From NCBI GenBank assembly GCA_964016885.1, contig OZ024742.1, positions 287,308,001 to 287,372,000 on the forward strand: a DNA stretch of 64,000 nt, in the 5' to 3' direction. Source of the DNA: Eledone cirrhosa (Eukaryota). Numbering within the stretch: the stretch's first letter is position 1; every line of letters starts with the position of its first letter. The notes beneath the pieces were generated by a model. It was not told where the DNA came from. It searched no databases and saw nothing but the letters and a program-made list of their open reading frames with translations. Below, piece after piece: positions 43,233-56,322 of the stretch. Made by a program: the position numbers and the translations under genes.

Positions 43233-43488
43233 ATTTCCGTAGGAAGAGTAAAGGAAAGGAGAGTGCTCTATGTATGTTACAGAGCTATTTAATTATGTAA
43301 TAAACAATATAAGACAATTATTCCATTTACCAAAGTTTTCACGAAGATAGACGAGCTTAACAGAGGCAGTGAAATTTCTTCAGTGCTCCGGAATTTAGTT
43401 CTCGCTAGCTATATTCTATCCACTGAATTATTATTTTTATATAGGTTCCTAGTGTCCGCGCATTGCCTGGGAACTTAGCTGAGAATAG

Positions 43489-43570
43489 ACTCCCTGATGA
43501 CGTAATGAATTCTCTATAGTTATATTATGTAACTATATTTATCCCATTACAGAAACTAATTAGTTGGAGT
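43489..43570 (+). ncRNA. Type I hammerhead ribozyme
   Basis: ACTCC CTGATGA cGTAATG..CATTACa GAAAC TAATTA GTT^ GGAGT. Confidence 0.8.
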
Positions 43571-44024
43571 GAAAATTTTAGTAAGTAAGTTGATTTTTAA
43601 TTTTTAAAATTTTCTTATTTTACGTCTTTCATATAATTGTTCTGCATCCCCCTGCATAGAACCACATAGGTACTAAGACATAACTTATATATTTGCTAGC
43701 ATGAGTGTACATCTGTACACATATGTTGGTAGATGTACTAATTCTCTATATTTATCTCCAAATTATTTGTTGAGCAAAACTTGCCAAAATTTACTGCTGT
43801 TTCATGGTAGTAGTAGGCTCTTGTCATAATACCACCCCGCTCCTAACTGATTAACCTCGGTGTCACGTGATTGATTCTTTAGAATCTGCCACTGACCAGA
43901 GACAGTGAAATTTCTTCAGTGCTCCGGTGTTTAGTCCTCGCTAGCTATATTCTATCCACTGAATTATTATTTTTATATGGGTTCCTAGTGTCCGCGCATT
44001 GCCTGGGAACTTAGCTGAGAATAG

Positions 44025-44106
44025 ACTCCCTGATGACGTAATGAATTCTCTATAGTTATATTATGTAACTATATTTATCCCATTACAGAAACTAATTAGT
44101 TAGAGT
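44025..44106 (+). ncRNA. Type I hammerhead, tandem copy (one helix I mismatch)
   Basis: Identical core; GTT^AGAGT. Confidence 0.7.
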
Positions 44107-44292
44107 GAAAATTTTAGTAAGTAAGTTGATTTTTAATTTTTAAAATTTTCTTATTTTACGTCTTTCATATAACTGTTCTGCATCCCCCTGCATATAACCA
44201 CATAGGTACTAAGACATAACTTATATATTTGCTAGCATGAGTGTACATCTGTACACATATGTTGGTAGATGTACTAATTCTCTCTCTCTCTC

Positions 44293-44323
<31 letters not shown>

Positions 44324-44487
44324 ATGTATATATATATATAAATATATATATATATGTGTGTGTGTAGGAGGTTAGTAATATTGTAGAACAATAAAACTAT
44401 GCATATATCAGATAAGTAGCACTCAACAGTGGTAGAACTGGAGTATATATGAAGAAGAAATTAAAAGATGGTTAAAAAAGTTCCATA

Positions 44488-44557
44488 TATTTTATTATGC
44501 GCATTTCGAAAACAACATCATCCTGGGACAAAAATTGTGTTCTCATCAGATAAAATA
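44488..44557 (-). ncRNA. Type I hammerhead inside inverted repeat 44450-44529/44560-44640
   Basis: rc TATTTTAT CTGATGA GAACACAAT..GTTGTTTTC GAAA TGCGC ATA^ ATAAAATA. Confidence 0.8.
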
Positions 44558-44634
44558 AGGTCCCAGGATGATGTTGTTTTCGAAATGCGCATAATAAAAT
44601 ATATGGAACTTTTTTAACCATCTTTTAATTTCTT

Positions 44635-44703
<69 letters not shown>

Positions 44704-44709
44704 TAAGTT

Positions 44710-44832
44710 ATTCCGGGTTGAATCGGAGGTAACCACAGTAAGTAAGGTACTCAATACATAGCAGAGTATAAAAGTTTTAATGTAGATGAGATTCTACAGG
44801 ACTAGAACTGTTTCATTCTTTAGAAATCATCA
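44710..44832 (-). repeat. Family B pLTR-like fragment truncated within HHR core
   Basis: Matches 61850-61975 reverse; ends at ATCATCA then (TA)n. Confidence 0.7.
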
Positions 44833-44864
44833 TATATATATACACACAGATATATATATACATA

Positions 44865-44895
<31 letters not shown>

Positions 44896-45062
44896 CAATG
44901 ATTTGTATATATATGTATCAATTATTTGTACCTTTCCTCTCTTTAGCAACGCTGTCAACTTAAAAGTTTTTTTATTCCCTTATTTTTTATTTTTTATATT
45001 TGACTTTACTTTGATTTCATGTATATGTATTTTGTTTGTTTATTGATTTTTATTATTATAAT

Positions 45063-45105
<43 letters not shown>

Positions 45106-45291
45106 GTGTGTGTGTGTGTGCGTATGTATGTGTGTATATGTGTGTCTGTATGTGGGTGTGTGTATATATATGTATCGCCTTGACCACCTTGACCGACCAT
45201 TCTGTCGGGCACCAATCGCCGCAGCTGGTCACAACACGTCGTGCTGTTTTGGCCATAAGATAACACCATCCCACTGGCTGGGCGGGCAGGC

Positions 45292-45519
<228 letters not shown>

Positions 45520-46231
45520 TTGAGTATTTGTGTGTACGTGTAGGTATATATATATATATATATATTTGCATATGTGTGTGTGCGTGTGTGTATGTGCGTG
45601 TGTGTTTTATACTTATATATTTCTTTTTCTTTTCTCCTTTCCTTCTTCCTCCAGCCTCACTTTCATATTCCTTATATTTTTGTTTTTCAAATCCACATTC
45701 AATAAAAACACCAGGACTTTTTCCATTCTGATGACTGAATGCAAATTTGTTTGCTTTCAAGAAACCACTGGTAAATGAAATAATTATCTTATGTTGTTTA
45801 TTACATAACTATATATATGTATAAATATATATAAAGAGGTTGCACAAAACAAAGACAACAGGAAAGACGTACAGTCTCTTCTCATCAGCCAACTTTTGGA
45901 AATCTTTATAGTTTCGGTCTAAGATTGACAATACTCCCACACACACGCAAACACACACATAGACACAACACACACATACACATATATATATATATATCAT
46001 CAACATCATCCTGTTTACGTACATATATACATAAGTAATTAAAAAAGTAAAAATAATCATCTCTTTCTACTTTCTATACCAAAACATTTCCAGCATAACA
46101 ACCAGACATTTCCTAATTACTGGTATGGGGGCGACTGATATCAAGTTGTAACCGTCATACTATGTGGTTCCTATATATCTCTATAAATTTCTTTCTCTTT
46201 CCTCTCTCCCTCTCTTGATATATATCTATTT

Positions 46232-46335
<104 letters not shown>

Positions 46336-46684
46336 TAAAATAACAGATTAAAGTTTAAGCTGTTTTCGCCCTTAACGGGATCTTCTGAAATATATATATA
46401 TTGAAGTATCATAACATATATAAAATGTATGATGAGTATGTTTCTGAACAGAAAAGCTCAATGAACGTTTCTCTAGTGATATATGGCTCTTTCTCATATA
46501 TATTTATAAGAAAATGTTTTTTTTTAAAAAAGATATCCCACATGAGTGAAAGTATATGGAAGAGAAACTGAAAATGCAACTGGAGTCTTTTAAGAATATT
46601 TATTTATTTACTTTACCGGTTTCACAGTTCTAATGATTTTCAAAAGTAAAATTGAGATGGAAGGTTTGGGTTTCTGTAGTGGTT

Positions 46685-46780
<96 letters not shown>

Positions 46781-47359
46781 ACATATTTAGGTTACCCAAA
46801 CAGACACCGCTTAATATTAAATAACATATGCAATCTTATTGAAATGCACGAGGTTAAATGCCTATGTAAATAAAAGCAACGTCATCTTACGAGTGTTTTT
46901 CAAGCTGAATGTAATTTATTAGTACCAGGGAATTTCGGAAGGTGGTGATCAAGTAGACAGATGTTAGCGTTCGTTAGGTCCGATTACTTTCACATGTTCC
47001 TTTTACAAAGTTTACAATTAACAAAATCATACCTATCAACTCTCCTCGTCGGTCCGACGGGGACATCTCTCACCCACTTTGGGGTGGGTGAGAGATGTCT
47101 TCTCTTGTGAAAATGAATATAGCTTTTATTATGTAAAACCTTCCCATTTTGCCTCATTTCTCCTCGTTTAGGTTTTTAGAGGTTGGCAGGTCTGCAAAAA
47201 ATACAGTGGAGTTAGTTTCGAGATCATGTGTATTTTTGGAGAATTCTCATATAGTGTTTGATTTTTTCATGAATGTCAATTTGAAAGGAATATTTATTGT
47301 ATTTATTGGTAGGCCTTATGTAGAGAGAGGTCTGTTCGAAAAATATATTGCAGTTTCCA

Positions 47360-47670
47360 GCTAACACCAAAAGAAAATGGCGATGGCCCTGTGACCTGTC
47401 CTGAGAAGCATGAGATGGACGTCAGGAATCTTGAGTAATTGCCGAAAGAATATGATCGCGAATAGAAGCAGCTGAAATGGGATTCCTCCTAAGGTTCTAT
47501 GGAGTAACGTCACGTGATAGGGCGTGTAGATAAGGAAGTCACTCCAGGTAGAGTCGTTACTTCTCCGAATCGAGAGATCATAGCTCCAATACCATGGACA
47601 TCTCGTTAGGATGTCTACGGAAAGAATTGCAGGACAGATTTTACGTGCAACGCCAGCCGACAGGAGACAC
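47360..47670. pseudogene. Decayed RTE-like fragments
   Basis: Similar to 28400-28700 (LLRIERS..YHGHLVRM). Confidence 0.5.
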
Positions 47671-47954
47671 AGTGGTAGAGCCCCACTTATTCCAACTACC
47701 CTCCGCTTATTCCATCCCACCTCATTTATTCCCCACCCGTATTATTTGGGACGACGAGAGTACCCATGATCTGTATATTTTCCGTCTTAAAAAATTCCAC
47801 ACACATGGTATTAGTCAACTCGAGATTATATATATATATATATATATATACGCACACACATATAACACAGTTCAGTTAAGAGAATGACATGTTTTTATGT
47901 ATACTTCAATATATATATATATATATATATACATTTGTGGACTAAATTCAATTT

Positions 47955-48095
47955 AGTCCAGAAATAGCCGTCGAAACGGCTTGAGCTCTGCCGTCGGGGT
48001 CTTGAACATTTTCCTATTACCCACTCTACTACCCTAAGTATTGAGTACTCTGGTGCGTTATGGTCCATCTGGTTTCTTACTACACTTCCTTCGTT
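47955..48095 (+). repeat. Family A copy starting at the palindrome centre
   Basis: GTCCAGAAATAGCCGTCGAAACGGC..; matches 11231-11370. Confidence 0.85.
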
Positions 48096-48743
48096 ATATA
48101 TATATATATATATATATAGTTAGGGAAGCAGAAAATTGCTATTGTAATCCAGTTCGTGGTTAAGGCAGCCAGTTTCATGGACGGTTTCAACGTACGGTTA
48201 GGGGTAGCCCCACAAGTTTGTAAGAATCACGTTCAATCTTGGAGTGTAAAGGATAAAAGAGAAAACACAGGTAAGGATTAAAAAAAGGATTTTATCCAGG
48301 TATTTACGACCGTTTCATTGTTAAGTGCAACCATATATTGCTATACTGCAAATAGCAGCCACTCAATAATAATTGTTGTACACGTCCAAATTTTCAAAAT
48401 AGTGAATAAGTTACTCTTAACAAGTTTTTAATATATAGAGAAAAACATTTTTGGGAATTGTATTTGCTAGTATAGAGAGAGAGGAAGAGGAATTAGAAAG
48501 TGGAGGGACAAAAGGAGTAGTATAGAGAGAGAGAGAGGAAGGGGGAGAAGAATTAGGAAGTAGGGTGACAAACTGAGATGGAGGGAGGGGTATAGGTGGA
48601 AGGAATCTTTGATCAGTTTTGATATATGTAGACATGATGTCGTCGATTTAGAGTGTAGTGAGTTAAAGAAAATTAAATTGTTTATAGTGGGAGGGATGGC
48701 GAGAGAGAGAGAGAAAGAGAGAGAGAGGGGGAAAGATAGAGAG

Positions 48744-48781
<38 letters not shown>

Positions 48782-49217
48782 AATAATAATAATAAATAAA
48801 TAAATAAATAAATAAAATAAAGAAGGGGGAGGGGGAGAAGAAAAGAAAAGACATAAAAAAGGGGAGAGGGAAGAAAGGAAGAAAACGAAAAGAAATAGAA
48901 AAGGAATGAAGGAGAAGGGAGGGATATATGTATTGGTTTTTGTGGGTAATTAAAGGGGTAGTATACAATAAGAGGGTAGAAAGTCTAAGTATATGCAGTT
49001 TGTCAGGTGGTAGTAAGAGGTTAAGGGTTCGATTTGCACTTGTAGTGCGAAAACCTTTCTTTGAGTCTATGGTTACAATAAATCGATCTTTCGATTTTAT
49101 TGTTGAGTAACTTATTCTTCGAACTCAAAATGTGGAACAGCTCAAGGTCACATAATCGTTTATCTATGTGCATATATATATATTTGTATGTATTAAAGCA
49201 TGTAAAAATGTGCATGC

Positions 49218-49259
<42 letters not shown>

Positions 49260-49314
49260 AATAATTAAGTCAAATATGTAAAATTTAGCTTCGTTTATTA
49301 CAAATTATAGATAT

Positions 49315-49371
49315 ACTGCTATATATATATTTCGGTGACAGCCATCATTAGCTGTGACCTCTTCAGACAGT
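49315..49371 (-). ncRNA. Type I hammerhead (family C, second copy)
   Basis: rc ACTGT CTGAAGA GGTCACAGC-taatgatg-GCTGTCACC GAAA TATATAT ATA^ GCAGT. Confidence 0.85.
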
Positions 49372-49681
49372 CCGAATTGGTGTGGGAAGGACAGGTACAC
49401 ATGTTGTTGAAGTGTGTTTTACTCCGTCAATCCCTCGATATGTCCAGCTCCTGGTAGTGTTGTTATTTCTCTTAAGAACTCGTCGAGTGCTCCAATCTGC
49501 ATACTGAGGTGTCGGTAAACAACCAACATATACTAAAAATATATATATAATTCCAAAATTAAATTAAGGATGTCATGTCTGAGAGACGTGCGCCATATCC
49601 ACTGTAGAATATGCTCAAAGATTCCAATGAATAGATCCGAGCATTTTATATCAATTAGAAATTGATTGACATATATATATG

Positions 49682-50411
49682 TTTGAATTATTTTCCCATA
49701 TCTTACGTTAATTATTTTCCATTTTGACGTTATAATCACTTATATATTATGAAATACTGTTGGCTTCTTGCTCACATTAATTTCTCTATTTTCATTTATA
49801 TTTATACTCGGAATTTTTCCTAGAGTGCTTAAAATTATTTGTGACTAATCCCGGTCTTTTTTTAAAAACCGCGATAATATTGCTATTTTGCTGAACTCCT
49901 TACATTTTGTAGAGTTTTTTCGGAATGTTTTTTGACTGCTGTTTCTTGTAAACAAACATTCGTCTCATTCTGACGTCACCAGCCATGTTTCTCCATGTGT
50001 GTTTATTTTCATAATTCCGCACGAGGTGAACTGGCCTGCTATTAAATTCCCTTTCTGGCAGTGAAATGTTGGTTATCGTGTTGAGCTCTACTGAGGAACG
50101 ATTCCAACCGTGACTAATCCCACTGAAAAGTTTCGTGAAATAGTCGTTTTAAGACTATATAGAGCATTTGTAGTTTTTCCAAATTGAAGGATGAGTATTT
50201 AAACTTTATTTTATTCTGAGTTAAGACTCTATTGGTTTTTTCCCTGGATTTCACAAAATCTGTGGATAAAATTTCTGTCTTGATTTTTTTAAAATTGAAT
50301 TTGAATTATTTTCCCATATCTTACGTTAAATATTTTCCATTTTGACGTTATAGTCACTTATATACTATAAAATACTGTTGGCTTCTTGCTCACATTAATT
50401 TCTCTATTTTC

Positions 50412-50418
<7 letters not shown>
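49682..50418 (+). mobile_element. ORF-less HHR-bearing unit, period 618 bp, ~118-bp terminal redundancy, in (TA)n
   Basis: 49682-49800 repeated at 50300-50418. Confidence 0.8.
50085..50165 (+). ncRNA. Type I hammerhead ribozyme with stable helix III
   Basis: GCTCTA CTGAGGA ACGA..TCGT GAA ATAGTC-gttttaa-GACTAT A^ TAGAGC. Confidence 0.88.
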
Positions 50419-50463
<45 letters not shown>

Positions 50464-50562
50464 CAATCAATTTCTAGTTGATATATATATATATGTATAT
50501 ACATATGTATATAATACTTTAAACAATTGCGACCTCTTGTTTGCTTGTATTTTTTGTTTCCT

Positions 50563-50640
<78 letters not shown>

Positions 50641-50694
50641 AATCCCTACCCGATCTATTGTTGGCTTGATCTCAGCAGCACAGACTCTCTCTCA

Positions 50695-50830
<136 letters not shown>

Positions 50831-52243
50831 ATTTACATATACATAAAGTCATAGATATATATGTGGTAACCGGTCACGTTGTGGCTCAATGACGAATTAA
50901 TAAATTAAATAATCAGAGCAATATATCATAAATCATGTCCTTAGAATTATTAGATAAAATATATACCATTTCCTCTCCCAATTAGCATAATTAACCATAT
51001 AAAAAATCAATTAGACCAGGCGATAAGAATAAAGGCTCCTATGAAAAAATTTTTATATCTTCCAACCATCATTGGTATTTCATCGCTTTAAAGACCATAT
51101 ACCTCCGGTTGGTGCGAGCAACGGCTAAAAAAAGTCGTTGGAACACGTAAATAAAGGGAACACGAGTGTAAACAAAGAAAATGGTGAAGCAACGAAAAAT
51201 GAGGAAGAAGGAATCAAGTCCCAAATATCTATGAATTTAAATTCGGTGAAATCGTGAACGAGAGAGAATAAAGACCATCAAACCTGGTTGGAATGTAAGC
51301 AAGGAAGGAATTCCGTACAGGTCTAACGGGAGGAAGAAGGGATCTAGTCTGTGAATTCGGTGAACGTAAGTTCTGTGAAATCGTAGACGAGAGAGAGAAA
51401 AAAAGCGACCTGCCAGACCAAGGGTGCGAAAGAAAAGAATTACGCACAGGTCAAACGGGAAGAAGGAGGAGGAGGAGAGGTAGTAACAGAGAATGAGTGA
51501 GTGAAGGGTGAGGAAGAGGCTAACAGAGAGAGTGACTGCTAGAGAGGGTAAAGATATAGATATATATATATACACATACATACATATATATATATATAAA
51601 CCAACAAATATACAAACATACACACATTCTGTTCTTTTTAAACAGGATATGAAGCTAAAGCATGTGCGAATGCGGCGTTCCACCCACGCTGTTCCTTTCA
51701 CCAATAGCAGACTTGTCAACTCTTCCCGTTCCACGGGGAGATCTTCCACCCACATTGGGATGGATGTGAGATGCCTTCTCTTGTGAAAATGAGTATAGCT
51801 TTCATTATGTAAAATCTCCCCATTTTGCATAATTTCTCCCCGTTTTCATGGTATTCCCCGTTTAGGTTTTTAGTGGTTGGCAGGTCTGCAATAGTGTCTC
51901 CCGTGCCATCTTGCCTATCCACCCATACAGCCCTCTTACCTGACAACGTAATTAGGATGCTCATGATCGTAAATTCGTGGCTCAGTAGTTGGGGCTCACG
52001 ATATGTCTGCCAACTAGATAGTTTATTACACTCAGCTGAACAAAATGAATTGTATCAAGGATTCGAAGGGCTTTGCTGTACACCGAGTCACACTGACTCT
52101 ACCTGAGAAATACGTTAAAGGTACACATGTCCATGGAATGTTCAGCTATTTGTATGTTAATTCCACGAGCAGCCTGTCCCCCTTTATCAAAACAACTGGA
52201 ACATTTGTCATGGAAACTGACAGAGATCGAACATACCATGTGT

Positions 52244-52290
<47 letters not shown>

Positions 52291-52472
52291 TAACCAACCA
52301 AATGCCCATATCATTGAAACCTATTTGAAGATAACATTCACATACAGCAATCGACAGGATTAAAACTACAGGATTTTGACTAGTTTCTCTGCTTCATACA
52401 CATATAAAAACACAGACACAAATACAAACGCCCATGCACACAAACACGCATGCACACATGTGTTTGAATATG

Positions 52473-52573
<101 letters not shown>

Positions 52574-52649
52574 TTTATATATACAAATATCGATTTAATT
52601 TATCCCAAATAAGACTCAGAATTGACTATAGGGAAGATCACATTAGAGT

Positions 52650-52758
<109 letters not shown>

Positions 52759-53294
52759 ATATAATGTGTATGTCTGTATATATGTATGGGTATATGTATG
52801 TAGTGTGCGTGTGTGCGCGTATAGTTATTCGTCAAATACACAGAATGTATTTCCTTTTAAAGTCTACGCAAGAGGTTCAACAAAACTAACTTATTTCCTG
52901 TCATCAAAGACACTTCGCACTCAAGGACGCATCCCTATTTTGACAACCAACAATTTGAAACACAATGATTAACATAAAAATAAGTTCCCGGCACTTCGGG
53001 TCTTGTTACCTAATTTTTAATGATATTTTGTTTATTTACTACTTTAACTAAGTATAATTTATACTCTTCATTGTGAGGTCATATACAGGAGTTCAGATTT
53101 CTGTCTAGCAGTAATCCTCTGGGGTTAAGGATATACCTATGAGAAACGCAACTTTGGCCTCCAGGATGCATGGTAGATTTTTGAGACTTATTTTAGAAAA
53201 TAAAATACCGTTTTCAACGCCAGTAAACACGGTAGGTACTCTTTTCGCCATAGGCGCACAAACTTACATATAAGCAAGTACACACGTATAAACA

Positions 53295-53604
53295 TAATTG
53301 TTTCTACTTTAGGCACAAGGCCAGCAATTATCCCAGTGTATTACTGGTACTTTATTTTATCGACCCCATAAGGATGAAAGGCAAAGTTAACCTCGGCGGG
53401 ATTTGAACTCAGAATGGCAAGGGCCGTAACTCTATGCGTCAAAGCATGGCGTCCGACCCTCTACCGATACTGCCAATCCACCGTATACACATAATTGTTT
53501 CTACTTTTGGCACAAGGCCAGCAATTATCTCAGTACATTACTGGTACTTTATTTTATCGACCCCGTAAGGATGAAAGGCAAAGTTAACCTCGGCGGGAAT
53601 TGAA
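53295..53604 (-). mobile_element. Two tandem SINE family 1 copies (second truncated)
   Basis: 53295-53483 and 53491-53604. Confidence 0.85.
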
Positions 53605-53846
53605 TGAACCCCCGTTAGACCGGCCCCGATAAGATGACTACTGAGGCAGCTCTGACAGTAACTCTTCGTCCGGTTTATTTGATACCCAATTAAGCAGGAA
53701 ATCAGATAAATGAGACGAAATCTCGGCGAAAGAGGTTACTACTAGGGTTTACTTTCATTGCATTCCTTAAGTATAGAGTTATAGGGATGTATGTATATCC
53801 TGGAAGTGGTGGGAGGAGACAGAGAAAGTGGTAGAGAGAGAGAAAT

Positions 53847-53904
<58 letters not shown>

Positions 53905-54201
53905 TATAAAGGTGAAAAGGGAAGTATATAAATTGCAGGATGAATATTGCTAGAACGAATCAATCATGTAATATTTAAGGAGTGTCGAATACTAGAAAGA
54001 AAAGGTACAAAGGGTGTAAAAATGAATAATAAACAGGATGTGTACTGGTGAAATGTCGCCCGTTCCCCGTTTTCTCTCACTTTATTCAATCATCTACCAA
54101 TGATACAGCTTGCTGCAATGTGTGTACTGCTATCTAATAACAACTAAGACAATTAGTTCCTTCTTTTGATTCATGATTATATTATTGAGCGGTCAATTCA
54201 T

Positions 54202-54625
54202 CTACTCTTGGGTGTTGAATAATGGCCTTTCCCCACGTTCTTATTTCACCCCCACTGCTCTTATTCCTCCTCGACTCCCCGCTTATTAAATGTTGCTAAT
54301 CTATCTCCGGTGAAATTATATTTTAAGTGGTAGCATTCCTGCGACAATTAATTTTCTTTAGATATTAAAACACATTAAATATAACAAAAAAAAAAAAGGA
54401 CGGAGGATTGGCAGTATCGGTAGAGCGTCTGACACCAAGCTTTGCAGCATAGAGTTATGGCCCTTTGCGTTCTGAGTTCAAATCCTGCCGAGGTTAGCTT
54501 TGCCTTTCATCCTTACGGGGTCGATAAAATAAAGTACCAATAATGCACTGGAGTAATTGTTGGCCTTGTGCCAAAAATAGAAACAATTATATATAACAAA
54601 AAAAGTTCATTACTAGAAATCCCAT
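54202..54625. mobile_element. Partial MITE interrupted by SINE family 1 (54399-54590, +)
   Basis: TACTCTTGGG terminus; flanks match 27258-27460; ATATAACAAAAAAA on both sides of the SINE. Confidence 0.7.
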
Positions 54626-55240
54626 AGGTTAATTGTACATAAAACATTTTTATTATTAAAATGTTATTTTTTCAGTTGAATAAAAATAAGATTCAATTAT
54701 GAAACTTGATTTAAAGATAAAAAAATGTTAGTTTTCAGTTAATTTGTAATATTTTATAAATAGGTAAGAAGTGACTTTTGGCTCACCCTATACTAGGTAT
54801 CCCAACTTTTGTAAAGCATAGTAAAGTCTCAAGCCACGCCATAAGAGCTCACTAGCATATTTTCCTATTTTTTGCACTCTTGCCAATAGTATTTTATATA
54901 CTTGGAGTGGCCTTAAACTTCCTTGTTAAACAGCAACTTGTCCGGTCTGTACCTCTCTCGCTCATGAAATCCACCCAGCTTATGCTGACCGGACAACCAT
55001 GTTGCTTGTTTATTTTCCTATCTTCGGTTTGCTTTTATCCTTCTATGTTGTTTACTTGTCCCCCTCGCCTTACGCGAATTCTGGTCCCAATAACTTTTTT
55101 TAGTTATTGCTCGCATCAACCTGAGGTATCTGATTTTTAATGCGATGAAATACCAATGATGGTTGGAAAATCACTGACGAAGGACTATGTTTATCATACG
55201 TAACCCATGTGCAAACCACGCAGTATTCTTCTTTCTTCTC

Positions 55241-55276
<36 letters not shown>

Positions 55277-55277
<1 letters not shown>

Positions 55278-55415
55278 CGAAGGAGTTGTGGTAAGGAACC
55301 AGGTGGACCCTAACGCACCAGAGTACTTAATACTTAGTAGGGTAGTAGAGTGGGTAATAAGAAAATGTATGACCCTGTCGAAGCGGCTTGAGCTCTGTCG
55401 TCGGGGTCATACATT
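55277..55415. repeat. Family A inverted junction
   Basis: Reverse tail joined at GACCC to forward GTCGAAGCGGC..GTC GGGGTC. Confidence 0.75.
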
Positions 55416-55435
55416 TTCCTATATATCTATATATA

Positions 55436-55493
<58 letters not shown>

Positions 55494-55504
55494 ATATATA
55501 TATA

Positions 55505-55536
<32 letters not shown>

Positions 55537-55593
55537 CTATATTATATATATATATATATATATATCTATATTATATATATATATATATATATA

Positions 55594-55661
<68 letters not shown>

Positions 55662-55675
55662 GTGTCTGTGTATCC

Positions 55676-55842
55676 CGGGTTCAATCGAGGGTAACCACAG
55701 TAAGTAAGGTACTCAATACATAGTATAGTATAAATGTTTAATATAGAAATGGCTTTCTACGATGGAAATCATCAGGAAAGTCCTGATGATTTTCTTCGAA
55801 TGAAACAGTTCTAATCCTGTAGAAGCCATTTCTATATTAAAC
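55676..55842. repeat. Family B inverted junction with HHR cores on both strands
   Basis: ATCATCAGG aaagt CCTGATGAT..GAAACAG..CTGTA. Confidence 0.75.
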
Positions 55843-55878
55843 ACACACACACACGTATATATATGTATATATATATAT

Positions 55879-56276
55879 AGTTGTTATATAGTAAGGTGCA
55901 TTATTGGTTGTGTAAAATGGTCCAATAACTTTATGTTAGCAATATTAAGTTCTCCACGCTTTTGTATATCTCCAATTCCATTCGAGGGAACAGCTAGATG
56001 ATGTAAAATGGAGTATAAGTATCAAAATGAAAATCCGAAGGCAAGGTAAAATAAGCTGTTCCCTCGAATGGAATTGGAGATATACAAAAGCGTGGAGAAC
56101 TTAATATTGCTAACATAAAGTTATTGGACCATTTTACACAACCAATAATTGTTTCTATGTTAGGCACAAGGCCAGCAATTACCCAGTGTATTACTGGTAC
56201 TTTATTTTATCGACCCCGTAAGGATGAAAGGCAAAGTTAACCTCGGCGGGATAATGCACTTTACTATATAACAACT
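55879..56276. repeat. Inverted repeat (55879-55995/56054-56276), right arm interrupted by truncated SINE 56147-56250
   Basis: Arms almost perfect; ATAAT duplicated around SINE. Confidence 0.85.
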
Positions 56277-56322
56277 TAAGCTTCTATTTTTGTTGAGCAC
56301 TTAATGCTGTTAAGCAAGGAAT

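Larger units (their letters stand above)
43361..44284 (+). mobile_element. ORF-less tandem unit with two hammerheads, period 536 bp (retrozyme/pLTR-like)
   Basis: 43361-43748 repeated nearly identically at 43897-44284. Confidence 0.85.

Noticed and set aside
45860-45895. Minus-strand CTGATGA plus hairpin
   Set aside because: GAAA and cleavage site missing; relic only.
53615-53750. Possible hammerhead (CCGATAA..GAAATCTC..GAGGTT)
   Set aside because: Two core changes and no helix I.
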